The notes: generated by a model from the letters alone, not told the origin. 64,000 nucleotides of DNA from an uncultured Bacilli bacterium (GCA_947626565.1 CANQSQ010000005.1:6462-70461); one strand, 5' to 3'. Shown: positions 30,004 through 40,380, counted from the first letter of the stretch. Made by a program: numbers and translations.

Positions 30004-30640
30004 TACTGCGTACTGTTACAATATTATTACGATATTTACCAAGACTATTTCTAAGCATTTTAATATGAGTATCTACTGTGCGATCATCTCCGAAAAAGTC
30101 ATATCCCCAAATTTTAGATAATAATTGTTCACGAGAAATAGCAATACCTTTATTTTTAATTAAATAGGAAAGAATTTCAAATTCTTTAGGAGTCACATTA
30201 ATTATTTTGTCATCAATTTTAATAGTATGAGCAGAATAGTTAAGTTCTAAAGTTTTAAATTTATAAATAGTTGGGAAATTATTTGAACTTCTTTTATTAA
30301 TTGCTTTAATACGCGCAATTAATTCTTTAGGTGAGAAAGGTTTAGTTAAATAATCATCTATACCTAAATCAAAACCCATTAACTTATCATATTCTTCGGT
30401 TCTAGCTGAAAGAATGATAGTAGGAATTTGCTTATTCTTGGGCAATTCTTTTAACATAGAAAAACCATCCATTTTAGGCATCATAATGTCTAAAACTAAT
30501 AAATCATATTTATTAGTAAGAAGTTTTTCTAAAGCCATTTGACCACTATCAGCTTCATCAGTAGTAAAACCTTCAGCTTCACAATATTCTTTTATGACGG
30601 AACGTATCATTTCTTCGTCATCGACAATTAATATGTTCAT
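29972..30640 (-). CDS. OmpR-family response regulator
   Basis: The receiver domain starts MNILIVDDEE and contains LVLDIMMPKMDG, and a winged-helix output domain follows (TVDTHIKMLRNSLG, VRSIGYKY). The ATG at 30640 follows a GGAGG RBS. Confidence 0.93.
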   Translation of the reverse strand: MNILIVDDEEMIRSVIKEYCEAEGFTTDEADSGQMALEKLLTNKYDLLVLDIMMPKMDGFSMLKELPKNKQIPTIILSARTEEYDKLMGFDLGIDDYLTKPFSPKELIARIKAINKRSSNNFPTIYKFKTLELNYSAHTIKIDDKIINVTPKEFEILSYLIKNKGIAISREQLLSKIWGYDFFGDDRTVDTHIKMLRNSLGKYRNNIVTVRSIGYKYVETEE

Positions 30641-30701
30641 TTGAAATTCCTCCAATGAACATATTATACAATAAAAGTGTAATTTATGTGAAATTTGATA
30701 G

Positions 30702-31991
30702 TTATTGAAGATATTTTTTTACTTTAATTAAATCATAGAAAGTTACGATAAAGACATTTAGACTGATAGATATTATTAACCCCCATAAACCTATATTTAG
30801 AAGAGATAAAAGAAAGAGAAAAAAGGTTCTGGCAATTACACCGAGAGTAGTCGCTACAAAATTATCTTTACTTTTACCCATAGCATCTAAAGAAAAAGAA
30901 AGAGGTGATTGAATGTATTGGAATAGGCAAATAGGAGCTAAAATTCTAATGTAATTAGTGCCTTCAGTAGTATGATAAATTAAGTTTAAGAGAAAGGCTG
31001 GTTTTATAATAAAAAAGATAGTTACAGGAATGCCAATAAGTAAAGAAATAAAAATAGCTTGTTTAATTTTGGCTTTGACAAATTTGTAATTTCTTTTAGC
31101 ATATTCTCTAGAAACAATAGGAAGGAGGGCTTGAGATATAGCTAAGGTAAAAAAAGAAGGGAGAAGTACTAAAGGCATAACATAGCCAGATAAAATACCA
31201 TATTCATTAGTAATATAAGAATTAGAATAACCTAAACTTAGAAGGGTACTAGATAAGATGATTGGTTCAAAAAAGTAGCCAATACTACCTATTAATTTGC
31301 CTGTAGTATTGGGTATACCAATAGAAAGACTTTCTTTCATATAAGTTTTACTAGGACGTAAATCTCGTTTATGAATAGTTAAATTTTTAGGAAGAAATAA
31401 AATAAGAATGACAATAGAGATAAATTCACTAATAATATTTGATAAAACTAAGAAGCAAACAGCAAATTTTAGTCCTAAAGGTAAAACGAGAGGGATACCT
31501 ATAAGCATTATAAGTAAACGAGTAAGATCTTCGATAATATTAGAAATAATATGGGGGAACATTTTTTCTTTACCAAAAAAATAACTACGACAAATACTAG
31601 ATATACTAGTAAAAGGAATTACTAAAGAAATAGCAATGAGACTGAGATAAGTATCTTTATTATGAAGAAGATGATTAGCTAAAAAAGGAGCTATTAAAAG
31701 GATGATAAAGATAAGTAAAATATTGATAAAAAAACTAATGGGTAAAATAGAAAAAAATAATCTTATATTGTTTTTATTATCTTCAGAAACTAATTTAGAT
31801 AAAGCAATTGGTAAACCAAATTGACTAAGTCCTATAAATAAAGAGAAGGTTGGAAGAATTAACATGTATAAGCCTAGTCCTTCGGTACCAAGAAGACGAC
31901 TCATAATGATTTTTATTACCATACCAAGTATTTTGGTGATTAAACCACCAATTAGAAGAATAAGAGTTGATTTAATAAATTTTTCTTTCAT
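30702..31991 (-). CDS. MOP-superfamily flippase (polysaccharide biosynthesis / SpoVB / MurJ-like)
   Basis: The protein has about 12-14 TM helices, and its N-terminus FIKSTLILLIGGLITKILGMVIKIIMSRLLGTEGLGLY is typical of the family. The probable start is the ATG at 31991. Confidence 0.78.
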   Translation of the reverse strand: MKEKFIKSTLILLIGGLITKILGMVIKIIMSRLLGTEGLGLYMLILPTFSLFIGLSQFGLPIALSKLVSEDNKNNIRLFFSILPISFFINILLIFIILLIAPFLANHLLHNKDTYLSLIAISLVIPFTSISSICRSYFFGKEKMFPHIISNIIEDLTRLLIMLIGIPLVLPLGLKFAVCFLVLSNIISEFISIVILILFLPKNLTIHKRDLRPSKTYMKESLSIGIPNTTGKLIGSIGYFFEPIILSSTLLSLGYSNSYITNEYGILSGYVMPLVLLPSFFTLAISQALLPIVSREYAKRNYKFVKAKIKQAIFISLLIGIPVTIFFIIKPAFLLNLIYHTTEGTNYIRILAPICLFQYIQSPLSFSLDAMGKSKDNFVATTLGVIARTFFLFLLSLLNIGLWGLIISISLNVFIVTFYDLIKVKKYLQ

Positions 31992-32207
31992 AATAAAGAA
32001 TATGCTAAAAAGATAAAAAAAAGATACCATATTTAATAGTTTTATGATATGATTTTTTTAGATGAAGATGAAGTTTTTATAGTGTAAAATTTGTAAATCG
32101 AACATAAGTATTTTTTTGTAAATGTTATATGTAAAACTTTATTTAATAGATTAATTTGACTTTGAAATGAATAAGACATGTGATATTCTTATAATAGAGG
32201 TGACAAA

Positions 32208-33599
32208 ATGAACGGAATAATTGAATTTCTAACATCTAAGGAAGTGATAGTTGTTTATATTGTAGCAGCTATTGCCTGTTTTTTGGCCTTTATTGTTTAT
32301 TTAGTTGATAAAAATTATACAAAGCACAAAAGAAGACAAAATACAAAAATGTTAAATAAATTAGTTGAGGAAGTTAATGAAGCTTTGGAAAAAGATAATG
32401 CTCAAAAAGAAGAAAAGACAGAAGTTAGTAAGAAACCAGAGGTTGCGGTAATTGAAAAGAAAGATACTAGTAAAGAAAACGCTAGTGTAAATAAAGAACA
32501 AGCTGAGGCAGTATTAGTAGCACCTATTAGTAATGAGCAAGAGAAGAGCGAAGTTATTGAAAAACAACCAGTGGTAGAAGCTAAAAAGGAAAAAATTACT
32601 AATGAAAAAACAGAGGTTGTTAAGCCACAAGAAGTAAGTAGTGAAATAACACCAATAGAAACAATTGCAGTAGAAGAGAAAAAGGCACCTATTAGTGAAG
32701 CTAAAGCTAGTGGAACAGTAATTGTTACGAAAAATGTAGAAACATTACAAGAGCAAGAAGAAGTAAAAGAAGCAGTAAAGGAAGAAGTTCAAGATAATAT
32801 TGTATTAGAAAATCTTAATAAAATAGAAACAGATGATAAGACTAGTAAAGTTGAAGAAGCTATAAAAGAAGAAACATTAGAATATACAAGTGTTGAACCA
32901 AATCCAGAACAAGCTAAAAAAGAATTAGAAAAGATTGCTTTAGAATTAGAAAAGCAAAAAGATGGGGAAGAAATTATTGATTTAACTTCATATGAAGAGG
33001 AACAAGAATCTAATGCTATTATTAGTTTGGAAGAATTAGTTAGAAAAAGTAAAGAGATGTATGCCGCTAATGAGTTAAGTCAATATAAAGATGAAGGAAA
33101 TGAGCCTATTAGTTTAGCCGACTTAGAAAATAGAAATATTACGCGAAAAGATAGTGCTGTTTATAATGAACCATTTGTTATTGAGAATGTAGTACCAGCT
33201 ATTACTGATGAAGAAATTAAGGAAATGACAGAAGAACAAGTAAGTACAGAGCAACCAGTAATAATTCAAAATAAACCAATTCAATTGGCAGATTTTAATA
33301 CAGTAAGTGCACCAAAAGTTGAGCAAGTAAAAGTAGAGGTAACTCAAAAAGTTGAACAAGTGGAAGAGCCAGCTCCAAAAGTAGAAGCAGTTAGAGAAGT
33401 AAAACCTGCTTATCAAGCAACGACGAAATTTAAGAGTAGTCCAGTAATTTCACCAATATATGGAATTGAAAAGACGGAAGCTGATCCTAACGATATAGAA
33501 TTAGAAAATACCGCTAATTATGATAAATTAGATGAAGAAATTAGAAAGACTAATGAATTTTTAATGACTCTTAAAGAGTTACAAAAACATTTAGATTAA
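32208..33599 (+). CDS. Membrane-anchored, E/K/V-rich low-complexity protein of unknown function
   Basis: It has an N-terminal TM helix and about 350 aa of charged low complexity with KVEQV-like repeats. A more ordered C-terminal segment follows (SSPVISPIYGIEK...NEFLMTLKELQKHL). Confidence 0.7.
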   Translation: MNGIIEFLTSKEVIVVYIVAAIACFLAFIVYLVDKNYTKHKRRQNTKMLNKLVEEVNEALEKDNAQKEEKTEVSKKPEVAVIEKKDTSKENASVNKEQAEAVLVAPISNEQEKSEVIEKQPVVEAKKEKITNEKTEVVKPQEVSSEITPIETIAVEEKKAPISEAKASGTVIVTKNVETLQEQEEVKEAVKEEVQDNIVLENLNKIETDDKTSKVEEAIKEETLEYTSVEPNPEQAKKELEKIALELEKQKDGEEIIDLTSYEEEQESNAIISLEELVRKSKEMYAANELSQYKDEGNEPISLADLENRNITRKDSAVYNEPFVIENVVPAITDEEIKEMTEEQVSTEQPVIIQNKPIQLADFNTVSAPKVEQVKVEVTQKVEQVEEPAPKVEAVREVKPAYQATTKFKSSPVISPIYGIEKTEADPNDIELENTANYDKLDEEIRKTNEFLMTLKELQKHLD

Positions 33600-33606
33600 A
33601 AAAAAG

Positions 33607-33631
33607 AAAAGTACTTTAATAGTACTTTTTG
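33607..33631. terminator. Bidirectional intrinsic terminator
   Basis: The stem aaaagtact/agtactttt has a 5-nt loop and is flanked by A-runs and T-runs. It lies between convergent genes. Confidence 0.75.
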
Positions 33632-33639
33632 TTGTGGTA

Positions 33640-34077
33640 TTATTTTCTTTGACGACCAAATAATTTATCAATTGAAAAGGGTTTATAGAGAGAAATCAAG
33701 CCATAGATGAAGGCTGTGGGAATTATATAGGTTCCATTTTCATAATGAGAATAAGAAGCTTGATGAGTGTTTAATTTTTTAGCTAGTTGTAATTGCGTAT
33801 AGTGATTGGCTTTTCTAAGAGTTTTTAAATTACTAGCTAAAATAGCTAAATTAATTTTAAGAGGATAATAGGCTGAGTTTTGTTTGGTGATACCAAAAAG
33901 ATAATCTAAACTAAAATTATGTTTATTGGCATAGGAGATGAGACGTCTAATGGGAATAGTATCTTTACCTGTTTCCCAACCAGATACGGTAGTGTTACTT
34001 ACATTAAATTCATTAGCAATATCAATTTGTTTTAGATCAATTGTTTCTCTACTTTCTTTAAAATTTTTTACAACCAT
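33640..34077 (-). CDS. XRE-family transcriptional regulator with two tandem HTH domains
   Basis: Two HTH_3-like units are present: QIDIANEFNVSNTTVSGWETGKDTIP and QLQLAKKLNTHQASYSHYENGTYIIP. Confidence 0.8.
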   Translation of the reverse strand: MVVKNFKESRETIDLKQIDIANEFNVSNTTVSGWETGKDTIPIRRLISYANKHNFSLDYLFGITKQNSAYYPLKINLAILASNLKTLRKANHYTQLQLAKKLNTHQASYSHYENGTYIIPTAFIYGLISLYKPFSIDKLFGRQRK

Positions 34078-34223
34078 GGATACTTCACCATCTTTATTAT
34101 TTCATTTAGTTAAGTTTTTAAAATCAAAGTAGGGGAAATAGCATATTCTACAAAAACAAATAAAAACAATTTTATGATATTATTTTCTTGGAGATAAAAA
34201 AAGAAACTGGAAGGGAACAATTT

Positions 34224-35003
34224 ATGGATTTAAAGAAAGTTGGCAAATTTATTGCGGAATTAAGAAAGAGTAAAAATTTAACTCAAGATAAGTTAGGTGA
34301 AATCTTAGGTGTTAATGGTAAAACTATATCTAAATGGGAACGTGGTATAAATGCTCCTGATATTTCAGTGCTTAATCATTTAAGTGAAATTTTAGGAGTT
34401 AGTGTTTCTGAAATATTGAATGGTGAAAGAAAATCAATAATTAAGATTGATGATATTACCGATAAAATAAAATACTATATTAAGAAAAATAGTGTTAAGA
34501 ATATAAAGATAAGTATTATAATTATTCTGCTTATTTTAGCAATTTTTTCAGTTTTGTTTTTAATAAATAATTTTAATCAGTTTAAGGTTTATAAAGTTTC
34601 GAGTGATGAAAAAAGCAATTATGTAATTGATGGTTACATGATTTTAAATCAGAAAAGGAATTTTATTATAATTAGAAATATTGATTTACGAAAAAAAATT
34701 GATGGAACTTCTGATGAAATTTTTGTTAAATATTTAAGGGTAGTTTTGTATAATCAAGATAAAGTGCTATATGAAGTAACATTTGGAAATTATGAAGATT
34801 CTGTTTTGATAAATGAATATTTAATAAATCGCAGTATTTTCTTAGAAGAAAATATAGGATTGGCTAAAGATAAGTTAAAAAACATTAAAGATACTAATTT
34901 TTATATTTTATTAGAGTATAGTGAAGATAACGAGCAGATTGATAAAGTTAAAATTCCATTAAAAATTCAAAAAGATTATGCTAATAATAAAGTGATTTAT
35001 TAA
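34224..35003 (+). CDS. Membrane-tethered XRE-family HTH protein
   Basis: It has an N-terminal HTH (LTQDKLGEILGVNGKTISKWERGINAPD), one TM helix (ISIIIILLILAIFSVLFLI) and an extracytoplasmic domain of about 140 aa. The ATG at 34224 is preferred over the TTG at 34188. Confidence 0.75.
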   Translation: MDLKKVGKFIAELRKSKNLTQDKLGEILGVNGKTISKWERGINAPDISVLNHLSEILGVSVSEILNGERKSIIKIDDITDKIKYYIKKNSVKNIKISIIIILLILAIFSVLFLINNFNQFKVYKVSSDEKSNYVIDGYMILNQKRNFIIIRNIDLRKKIDGTSDEIFVKYLRVVLYNQDKVLYEVTFGNYEDSVLINEYLINRSIFLEENIGLAKDKLKNIKDTNFYILLEYSEDNEQIDKVKIPLKIQKDYANNKVIY

Positions 35004-35166
35004 GGGACCGAATTAGCTACCACAACTCGCCAAATGGGTGGTATGAAAATTTTTAAGATTTTTGTATAAGTAAATTAGGTAAATGGAAGTTTGCCAAAAG
35101 AAGGTGATAGTTGTAGTAAAGAAGTAAAATAAAAAATAAAAAGGTATATTTAGTAGGAGAGTAAAA

Positions 35167-35898
35167 ATGAAAAAAAATTTTAAGAAAATATTTTGCTTGC
35201 TAGTGTTGTCAATAATGGTATTGCCAATATGTACGTTGGCAAAAGAAGAAGAAAACTACGAAGTAGTAGCACAAGATGTAAAATATTACAAAACTGTTTC
35301 AAGTATTTTACCGGTAAGTTCAATGCCAACATATACAGAAGAAATTACAAAGGAAGAATATGATAATGCTCCGGAAGTTTCTACTATTGGAGAAGTTGAA
35401 ACTTCTTATAAGAGATTAGTTTCAACAATTTATGCTATTTCTAATGCTTATCGTTATCAAGGAGATTTAACTTGGAAGACTATGCCAAGTTCTAGAAGTT
35501 ATGATGTAATGGGAATTGGTTATTTAGCTAGTGTTAAATATAATTATGGATTAACTTTTTATCAAAGTTATTGTTTATCTAATGGTCAATGTGGTACTTT
35601 ATCATCTTATATTCCAGTAGAACAAAGTGCTGGTACAGCAGCAGTATTTAATCTTCCAACTTCAAATCAAGTAACATCATTAAGTCAGACATTTGCTTTT
35701 AATGTTATTAAAAATACATCGTCTACAATTGTTACCCAAAAAGCATATGCTTCTTATTCACATGCTCAAAGAACTGTAAGTGAAGCTAATGCACGAAAGT
35801 TTACTATTAGTACTTCAGGAATTGTTTTCTATGATGGTATGAGTAATTATTATGATTCAATGAATGCCGCAGAAGCTGTATGGTATGGTAACTGGTAA
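35167..35898 (+). CDS. Secreted hypothetical protein (243 aa)
   Basis: It has a signal peptide (MKKNFKKIFCLLVLSIMVLPICTLA) and an RBS (taggagag). I recognise no family. Confidence 0.72.
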   Translation: MKKNFKKIFCLLVLSIMVLPICTLAKEEENYEVVAQDVKYYKTVSSILPVSSMPTYTEEITKEEYDNAPEVSTIGEVETSYKRLVSTIYAISNAYRYQGDLTWKTMPSSRSYDVMGIGYLASVKYNYGLTFYQSYCLSNGQCGTLSSYIPVEQSAGTAAVFNLPTSNQVTSLSQTFAFNVIKNTSSTIVTQKAYASYSHAQRTVSEANARKFTISTSGIVFYDGMSNYYDSMNAAEAVWYGNW

Positions 35899-36086
35899 AA
35901 AAAATTTAAATTCTAAATCAAACGCGTTAATTATAGAGTATTGTTCTTAATAGGGAACAATACTTTTTTAGGTGCTTTTTGACTAAAAAAAATAATTTTA
36001 GAAAAATAAAGAATAGAAATAAACAAATGTTTAGAAGAAATGAGAACAAAAAGAAAAATTACGTTTATTTTTACTAATTCATTAAT

Positions 36087-36115
36087 TTGAAAGATTAGTA
36101 TTAACATGATATAAT
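36087..36115 (+). promoter_or_regulatory. Sigma-A-type promoter upstream of mtaB
   Basis: The -35 is TTGAAA, the spacer is 17 bp, and the extended -10 is TGaTATAAT. Confidence 0.55.
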
Positions 36116-36142
36116 ACAAATGCAAAAGGAAGTAGTGATATT

Positions 36143-37414
36143 ATGCGTAGCGTAGGAATAATGACTTTAGGTTGTAAAGTTAATACTTATGAAAGTGAAT
36201 ATGTAATTAATTTATTAGAAAAAGCTGGTTATCAAATAAAAGATTTTAATGACGTTTGTGATGTTTATATAATCAATACTTGTACAGTGACAAATAATAG
36301 TGACTCTAAATCACGAAAGATGATACGAAGTGCGATTAAAAGAAATCCAGATGCCTGTGTTGTAGCTATGGGATGTTTTATTGAAGCAAATAAAGATTAT
36401 AATATTGAAGGTTTAGATATAATTATTGGAAATAAAGATAAGTCAAAGTTAGTTGATTTATTAGAAGAATATTTTAGTAAAAAAGAAACGATAACTAGAC
36501 TATATAAAAATGAAGTTAATGAGTTTGAAGATATGTTTATAACTAATTTTAAAGATCGAACTAGAGCTTTTGTGAAAATACAAGATGGGTGTGAGAATTT
36601 TTGCAGTTATTGCATAATACCTTTTGTACGAGGAAAGTGTCGGAGTAAGGATTTTAATAAAGTACTAGAAGAGATACAGACTTTGGTACAAAATGGTTAT
36701 AAAGAAATTGTATTAACGGGGATTCATACCGGTAATTATGGAGTTGATTTAAATACTAATTTTGCCACTTTATTAAAAGAAATTGTAAAAATAGAAGGAT
36801 TAAAAAGATTAAGAATTTCATCTATTGAAATTACGGAATTAACTGACGAAGTTTTAGATATTATAAAAAATAATGAGGTAATCGTTAATCATTTACATAT
36901 ACCTTTACAGGCAGGTAGTGATGAAATACTTAATTTAATGCGTCGTAAATATAATTTAAAATATTTTTATGATAAAATAAACATGATAAGAAAGATACGA
37001 CCGGGAATCGCTATTTCAACAGATGTTATTGTAGGTTTTCCTGGAGAAAATGAAGAATTATTTCAAAAAAGTCTTAAAACTTGTCAGGAGTTAGCTTTTA
37101 GTAAAATTCATGTATTTCCTTTTAGTGAAAGAAAAAAGACAAGAGCCGTAGAATTACCTAATAAAATAGAGGGTAATGTGAAAAAAGAATATGCTAAAAG
37201 ATTAATAGAATTATCTGTAGAGCTAGAAAAAAAATATATGCAACAATTTATAAATAGAGAGGTAGAAGTTTTAATTGAAGAAGAAAAAGATGGTTATAGT
37301 TATGGACATACTGGAGAATATTTGCATGTAAAAATAAAAGGTTCATTGCCACATAATGAGTTTAGTAAAGTAAGAATTGAAGAAATAGAATATCCATATT
37401 GTATAGGAAAGTAG
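36143..37414 (+). CDS. mtaB: Radical-SAM methylthiotransferase, MtaB-type
   Basis: It has N-terminal UPF0004 cysteines (GCKVN...CTV), a radical SAM CxxxCxxC (CENFCSYC) and a C-terminal TRAM-like region. Confidence 0.85.
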   Translation: MRSVGIMTLGCKVNTYESEYVINLLEKAGYQIKDFNDVCDVYIINTCTVTNNSDSKSRKMIRSAIKRNPDACVVAMGCFIEANKDYNIEGLDIIIGNKDKSKLVDLLEEYFSKKETITRLYKNEVNEFEDMFITNFKDRTRAFVKIQDGCENFCSYCIIPFVRGKCRSKDFNKVLEEIQTLVQNGYKEIVLTGIHTGNYGVDLNTNFATLLKEIVKIEGLKRLRISSIEITELTDEVLDIIKNNEVIVNHLHIPLQAGSDEILNLMRRKYNLKYFYDKINMIRKIRPGIAISTDVIVGFPGENEELFQKSLKTCQELAFSKIHVFPFSERKKTRAVELPNKIEGNVKKEYAKRLIELSVELEKKYMQQFINREVEVLIEEEKDGYSYGHTGEYLHVKIKGSLPHNEFSKVRIEEIEYPYCIGK

Positions 37415-37422
37415 ATGATTAA

Positions 37423-39615
37423 GTGGGACAGTATATAAAAGGACAATTTAAAAGAAGTATTTATCAAAATAATACTGGATATACTATTGGATTATTTAAA
37501 GTTAATGAAGCAAGTGATGATAAATTAATTGACTATGTAGGAAGAACTATAACTTTTACAGGGTATTTTCATGAATTAAATGATCAAGATAATTATATTT
37601 TTTATGGAAAATTAGTTAATCATGATAAGTATGGAGAACAATTTCAAGTAGATAGTTATGAAAGATGTAAACCGGAAGAAAAAGACGCTATAATTGAGTT
37701 TTTAACGAGTGGACTATTCAAAGGAATTGGTGAGAAAAAGGCTCAAGCAATAGTTGATGTTTTGGGAAAAGATACATTAAAAATAATTTTAGAGAATCCT
37801 GATAATTTAATTTTAATTCCAGGAATTACAAAAAGTAATATAGAAGTATTGCATACAAAATTAAAAGAATATGAAGCTAGTTATGAAATAATTTTATATT
37901 TAGGTAATTTGGGATTTTCAACAAAGGATTCAATGCTTATATATAATTTTTATCGTGGTAAGACACAAGAAGTAATTGAAGAAGATATTTATCAATTAAT
38001 TAAAGATATAAATGATATAACTTTTAAAAAAATAGATCAAATTGCGTTAAGGTCAGGATTAGAAAAAGATGCCTTGATAAGAATTAAAGCTGCTACAATT
38101 TATATAATGAATGAAGTTAGTAATACTTATGGTCATAGTTACTATTATTATGATGAGATATTTAGTTTATTGCCTAGAGTATTGGGAGTTAGTATAATAT
38201 CAGAGCAGTTTGATGAAGCAATTAGCAGTTTAAAAGAAGATGTCGATATTATTGTTAAAGATGATAAATACTATTTAAGAGATATGTATGAAGCTGAAGC
38301 GTTAATTGTAAGAAGATTTAATTTGTTAAAGCGAAAAGAAGATAATGAAGCGAAAAAGTTGGATGAAAAAATAAAAGAAATTGAAGAATTTTTTCAGATA
38401 CATTATAATGAAGATCAATTAATGGCTATAAAGAATAGTTATACTAAAAATTTTTTGATTATAACAGGTGGACCAGGTACTGGTAAAACAACGATAATGA
38501 AAGCTATAACAGAACTTTATAGACAAATGAATAAGTTATCCTATGAAGCATTGATGGAAAAAGTAGCTTTATTGGCACCAACAGGAAGAGCAGCTAAAAG
38601 AATGACAGAAACAACAATGCTTAGAGCTTCAACTATTCATCGCTTTTTAAAATGGCAAAAAGAAACTAATAAGTTTCAAGTAAATGAGTACAATAAGAGT
38701 AAAGTAGAATTTGTTATTATTGACGAAGCAAGTATGATTGATACTTATTTAATGGCTAGTCTTTTAAAAGGTTTATCAGTAAATTGTAAAATAGTAATGG
38801 TAGGAGATGATCATCAATTACCATCTGTAGGTCCAGGACAAGTATTACATGATTTAATAGAAAGTGAAAAGTTAAAAGTAGTAGAATTAAAACAATTATA
38901 TAGACAAGGAAAAGATTCTAATATTATTAGTTTAGCTTATGATATTAGAAAGGGAAAAATTAATAGAGAAATTTTTAATAAAGAAGAAGATTTAACTTTT
39001 ATTAATTGTCCTAATAGTCAAGTTATTCCTAATATAGTAGAAATAGCTACTACGTATAAGGATTTATCATATAAAAATTTCCAAATATTAGCACCAATGT
39101 ATAAAGGAATTACCGGTATAGATGCTATTAATGAGAAGGTACAAACTATTTTTAATCCAAAAGATAAATTAAAAAGAGAACATCGAATTGGAGAGGTTAT
39201 TTTTAGAGAGGCTGATAAAGTAATTCAACTTACAAATATGCCAGATGATAATGTTTATAATGGAGATATAGGGTTAATAGATTTAATAGAAGTTAATCCT
39301 AAGAAAGAAATATTAATTGACTTTGATTCTAATGTAGTAAAATATACACCGTCAAATTTTGCCAATTTTCGTTTAGCTTATGCTATATCAATACATAAAG
39401 CCCAAGGTAGTGAATTTGAAGTAGTTATTTTACCAATAGTTAAACAATATAATAAAATGCTTTATCGTAAACTAGTATATACCGCTGTTACAAGGGCAAA
39501 GAAAAAACTTTATTTAATTGGTGATTTAGATGCCTTAGATATAGCTGTTAATAATACTATTGCGGATATTAGGAGAACAACAATAAAAGAATTTTTAATA
39601 AATGGTATAAACTAA
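37423..39615 (+). CDS. recD2: ATP-dependent RecD-like DNA helicase (RecD2)
   Basis: It has HhH regions, a Walker A (GGPGTGKTT), a Walker B (VIIDEASM), VGDDHQLPSVGPG, and a C-terminal AISIHKAQGSEF...YTAVTRAKK. Confidence 0.9.
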   Translation: MGQYIKGQFKRSIYQNNTGYTIGLFKVNEASDDKLIDYVGRTITFTGYFHELNDQDNYIFYGKLVNHDKYGEQFQVDSYERCKPEEKDAIIEFLTSGLFKGIGEKKAQAIVDVLGKDTLKIILENPDNLILIPGITKSNIEVLHTKLKEYEASYEIILYLGNLGFSTKDSMLIYNFYRGKTQEVIEEDIYQLIKDINDITFKKIDQIALRSGLEKDALIRIKAATIYIMNEVSNTYGHSYYYYDEIFSLLPRVLGVSIISEQFDEAISSLKEDVDIIVKDDKYYLRDMYEAEALIVRRFNLLKRKEDNEAKKLDEKIKEIEEFFQIHYNEDQLMAIKNSYTKNFLIITGGPGTGKTTIMKAITELYRQMNKLSYEALMEKVALLAPTGRAAKRMTETTMLRASTIHRFLKWQKETNKFQVNEYNKSKVEFVIIDEASMIDTYLMASLLKGLSVNCKIVMVGDDHQLPSVGPGQVLHDLIESEKLKVVELKQLYRQGKDSNIISLAYDIRKGKINREIFNKEEDLTFINCPNSQVIPNIVEIATTYKDLSYKNFQILAPMYKGITGIDAINEKVQTIFNPKDKLKREHRIGEVIFREADKVIQLTNMPDDNVYNGDIGLIDLIEVNPKKEILIDFDSNVVKYTPSNFANFRLAYAISIHKAQGSEFEVVILPIVKQYNKMLYRKLVYTAVTRAKKKLYLIGDLDALDIAVNNTIADIRRTTIKEFLINGIN

Positions 39616-39650
39616 AGAATAATTTCCATACTAAAAGTAGAGGTGAAATT

Positions 39651-39809
39651 ATGAAAAAAGGAACAATGGCATTAATGATTATGGGAGGATTAGGAATGGC
39701 AGGATATATGTACATGATGAAAAATCCGCAAGTAATGAAAAATATGCGTCAAATGATGAAATCAGCAGCTAAATGTACTTATGATAAATTAGAAGAAATG
39801 GATAATTAA
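39651..39809 (+). CDS. Small Met-rich membrane peptide (52 aa, below the ORF-track cutoff)
   Basis: My hand translation is MKKGTMALMIMGGLGMAGYMYMMKNPQVMKNMRQMMKSAAKCTYDKLEEMDN. An RBS (agaggtga) precedes it, and the hairpin ttggc/gccaa plus a T-run follows at 39811-39830. Confidence 0.55.
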   Translation: MKKGTMALMIMGGLGMAGYMYMMKNPQVMKNMRQMMKSAAKCTYDKLEEMDN

Positions 39810-39894
39810 ATTGGCGTGAGCCAATTTTTTTAATAATAAGTATTTTCTAGATAGGTTAAGTATGGTAAAATAGTTCTTTGTCGGGGGATAAAGT

Positions 39895-40380
39895 ATGAAT
39901 ATAGTTAGAGGAAATTTTCAAACAGGTGAAATAGGTAAGAAAGAAGAACTAATTACAGAATTTACATTTGAGAATACAGATGATTTATATACTTTAATTT
40001 TAATAGCTAATGATAATAGTTATATAAATAGTTTAGGAAATCCTAGAGTAATTGATTGGAATTTAGATTTATTAAAAGAAGTAATAAGAGTTATAGTGGG
40101 AAATTTGGCTGATGATATGCAGGAAAATAATGTAATTAGTTTAATAGCTTCATATATTTTTAATATTCTGTGTTATGCATTAGTTAATGGAAAAGAACAT
40201 ATCGGTGAAAAAGAAATGATTAAGACTTTTCGAGACTGGAATTATTTAGAACATGCATTAAAGATGCAAATTTTAACTAAAATATGCGAAGAATTAGATT
40301 TTAATAGTAAGGAATATGATTTTTTTCCTAAGAGAAAAAGAAATGCTAAAAATAAGGTGGTTAAATTTAAAAAAAGATAG
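39895..40380 (+). CDS. Hypothetical protein (161 aa)
   Basis: The ORF has an RBS (cgggggat). I recognise no motif. The C-terminus is basic. Confidence 0.6.
   Translation: MNIVRGNFQTGEIGKKEELITEFTFENTDDLYTLILIANDNSYINSLGNPRVIDWNLDLLKEVIRVIVGNLADDMQENNVISLIASYIFNILCYALVNGKEHIGEKEMIKTFRDWNYLEHALKMQILTKICEELDFNSKEYDFFPKRKRNAKNKVVKFKKR

Noticed and set aside
35931-36125. A 64-aa - strand ORF lies in the intergenic region before mtaB.
   Set aside because: It has no RBS and its translation is low-complexity Ile/Phe/Leu-rich. It overlaps the terminator of the upstream gene and the mtaB promoter.
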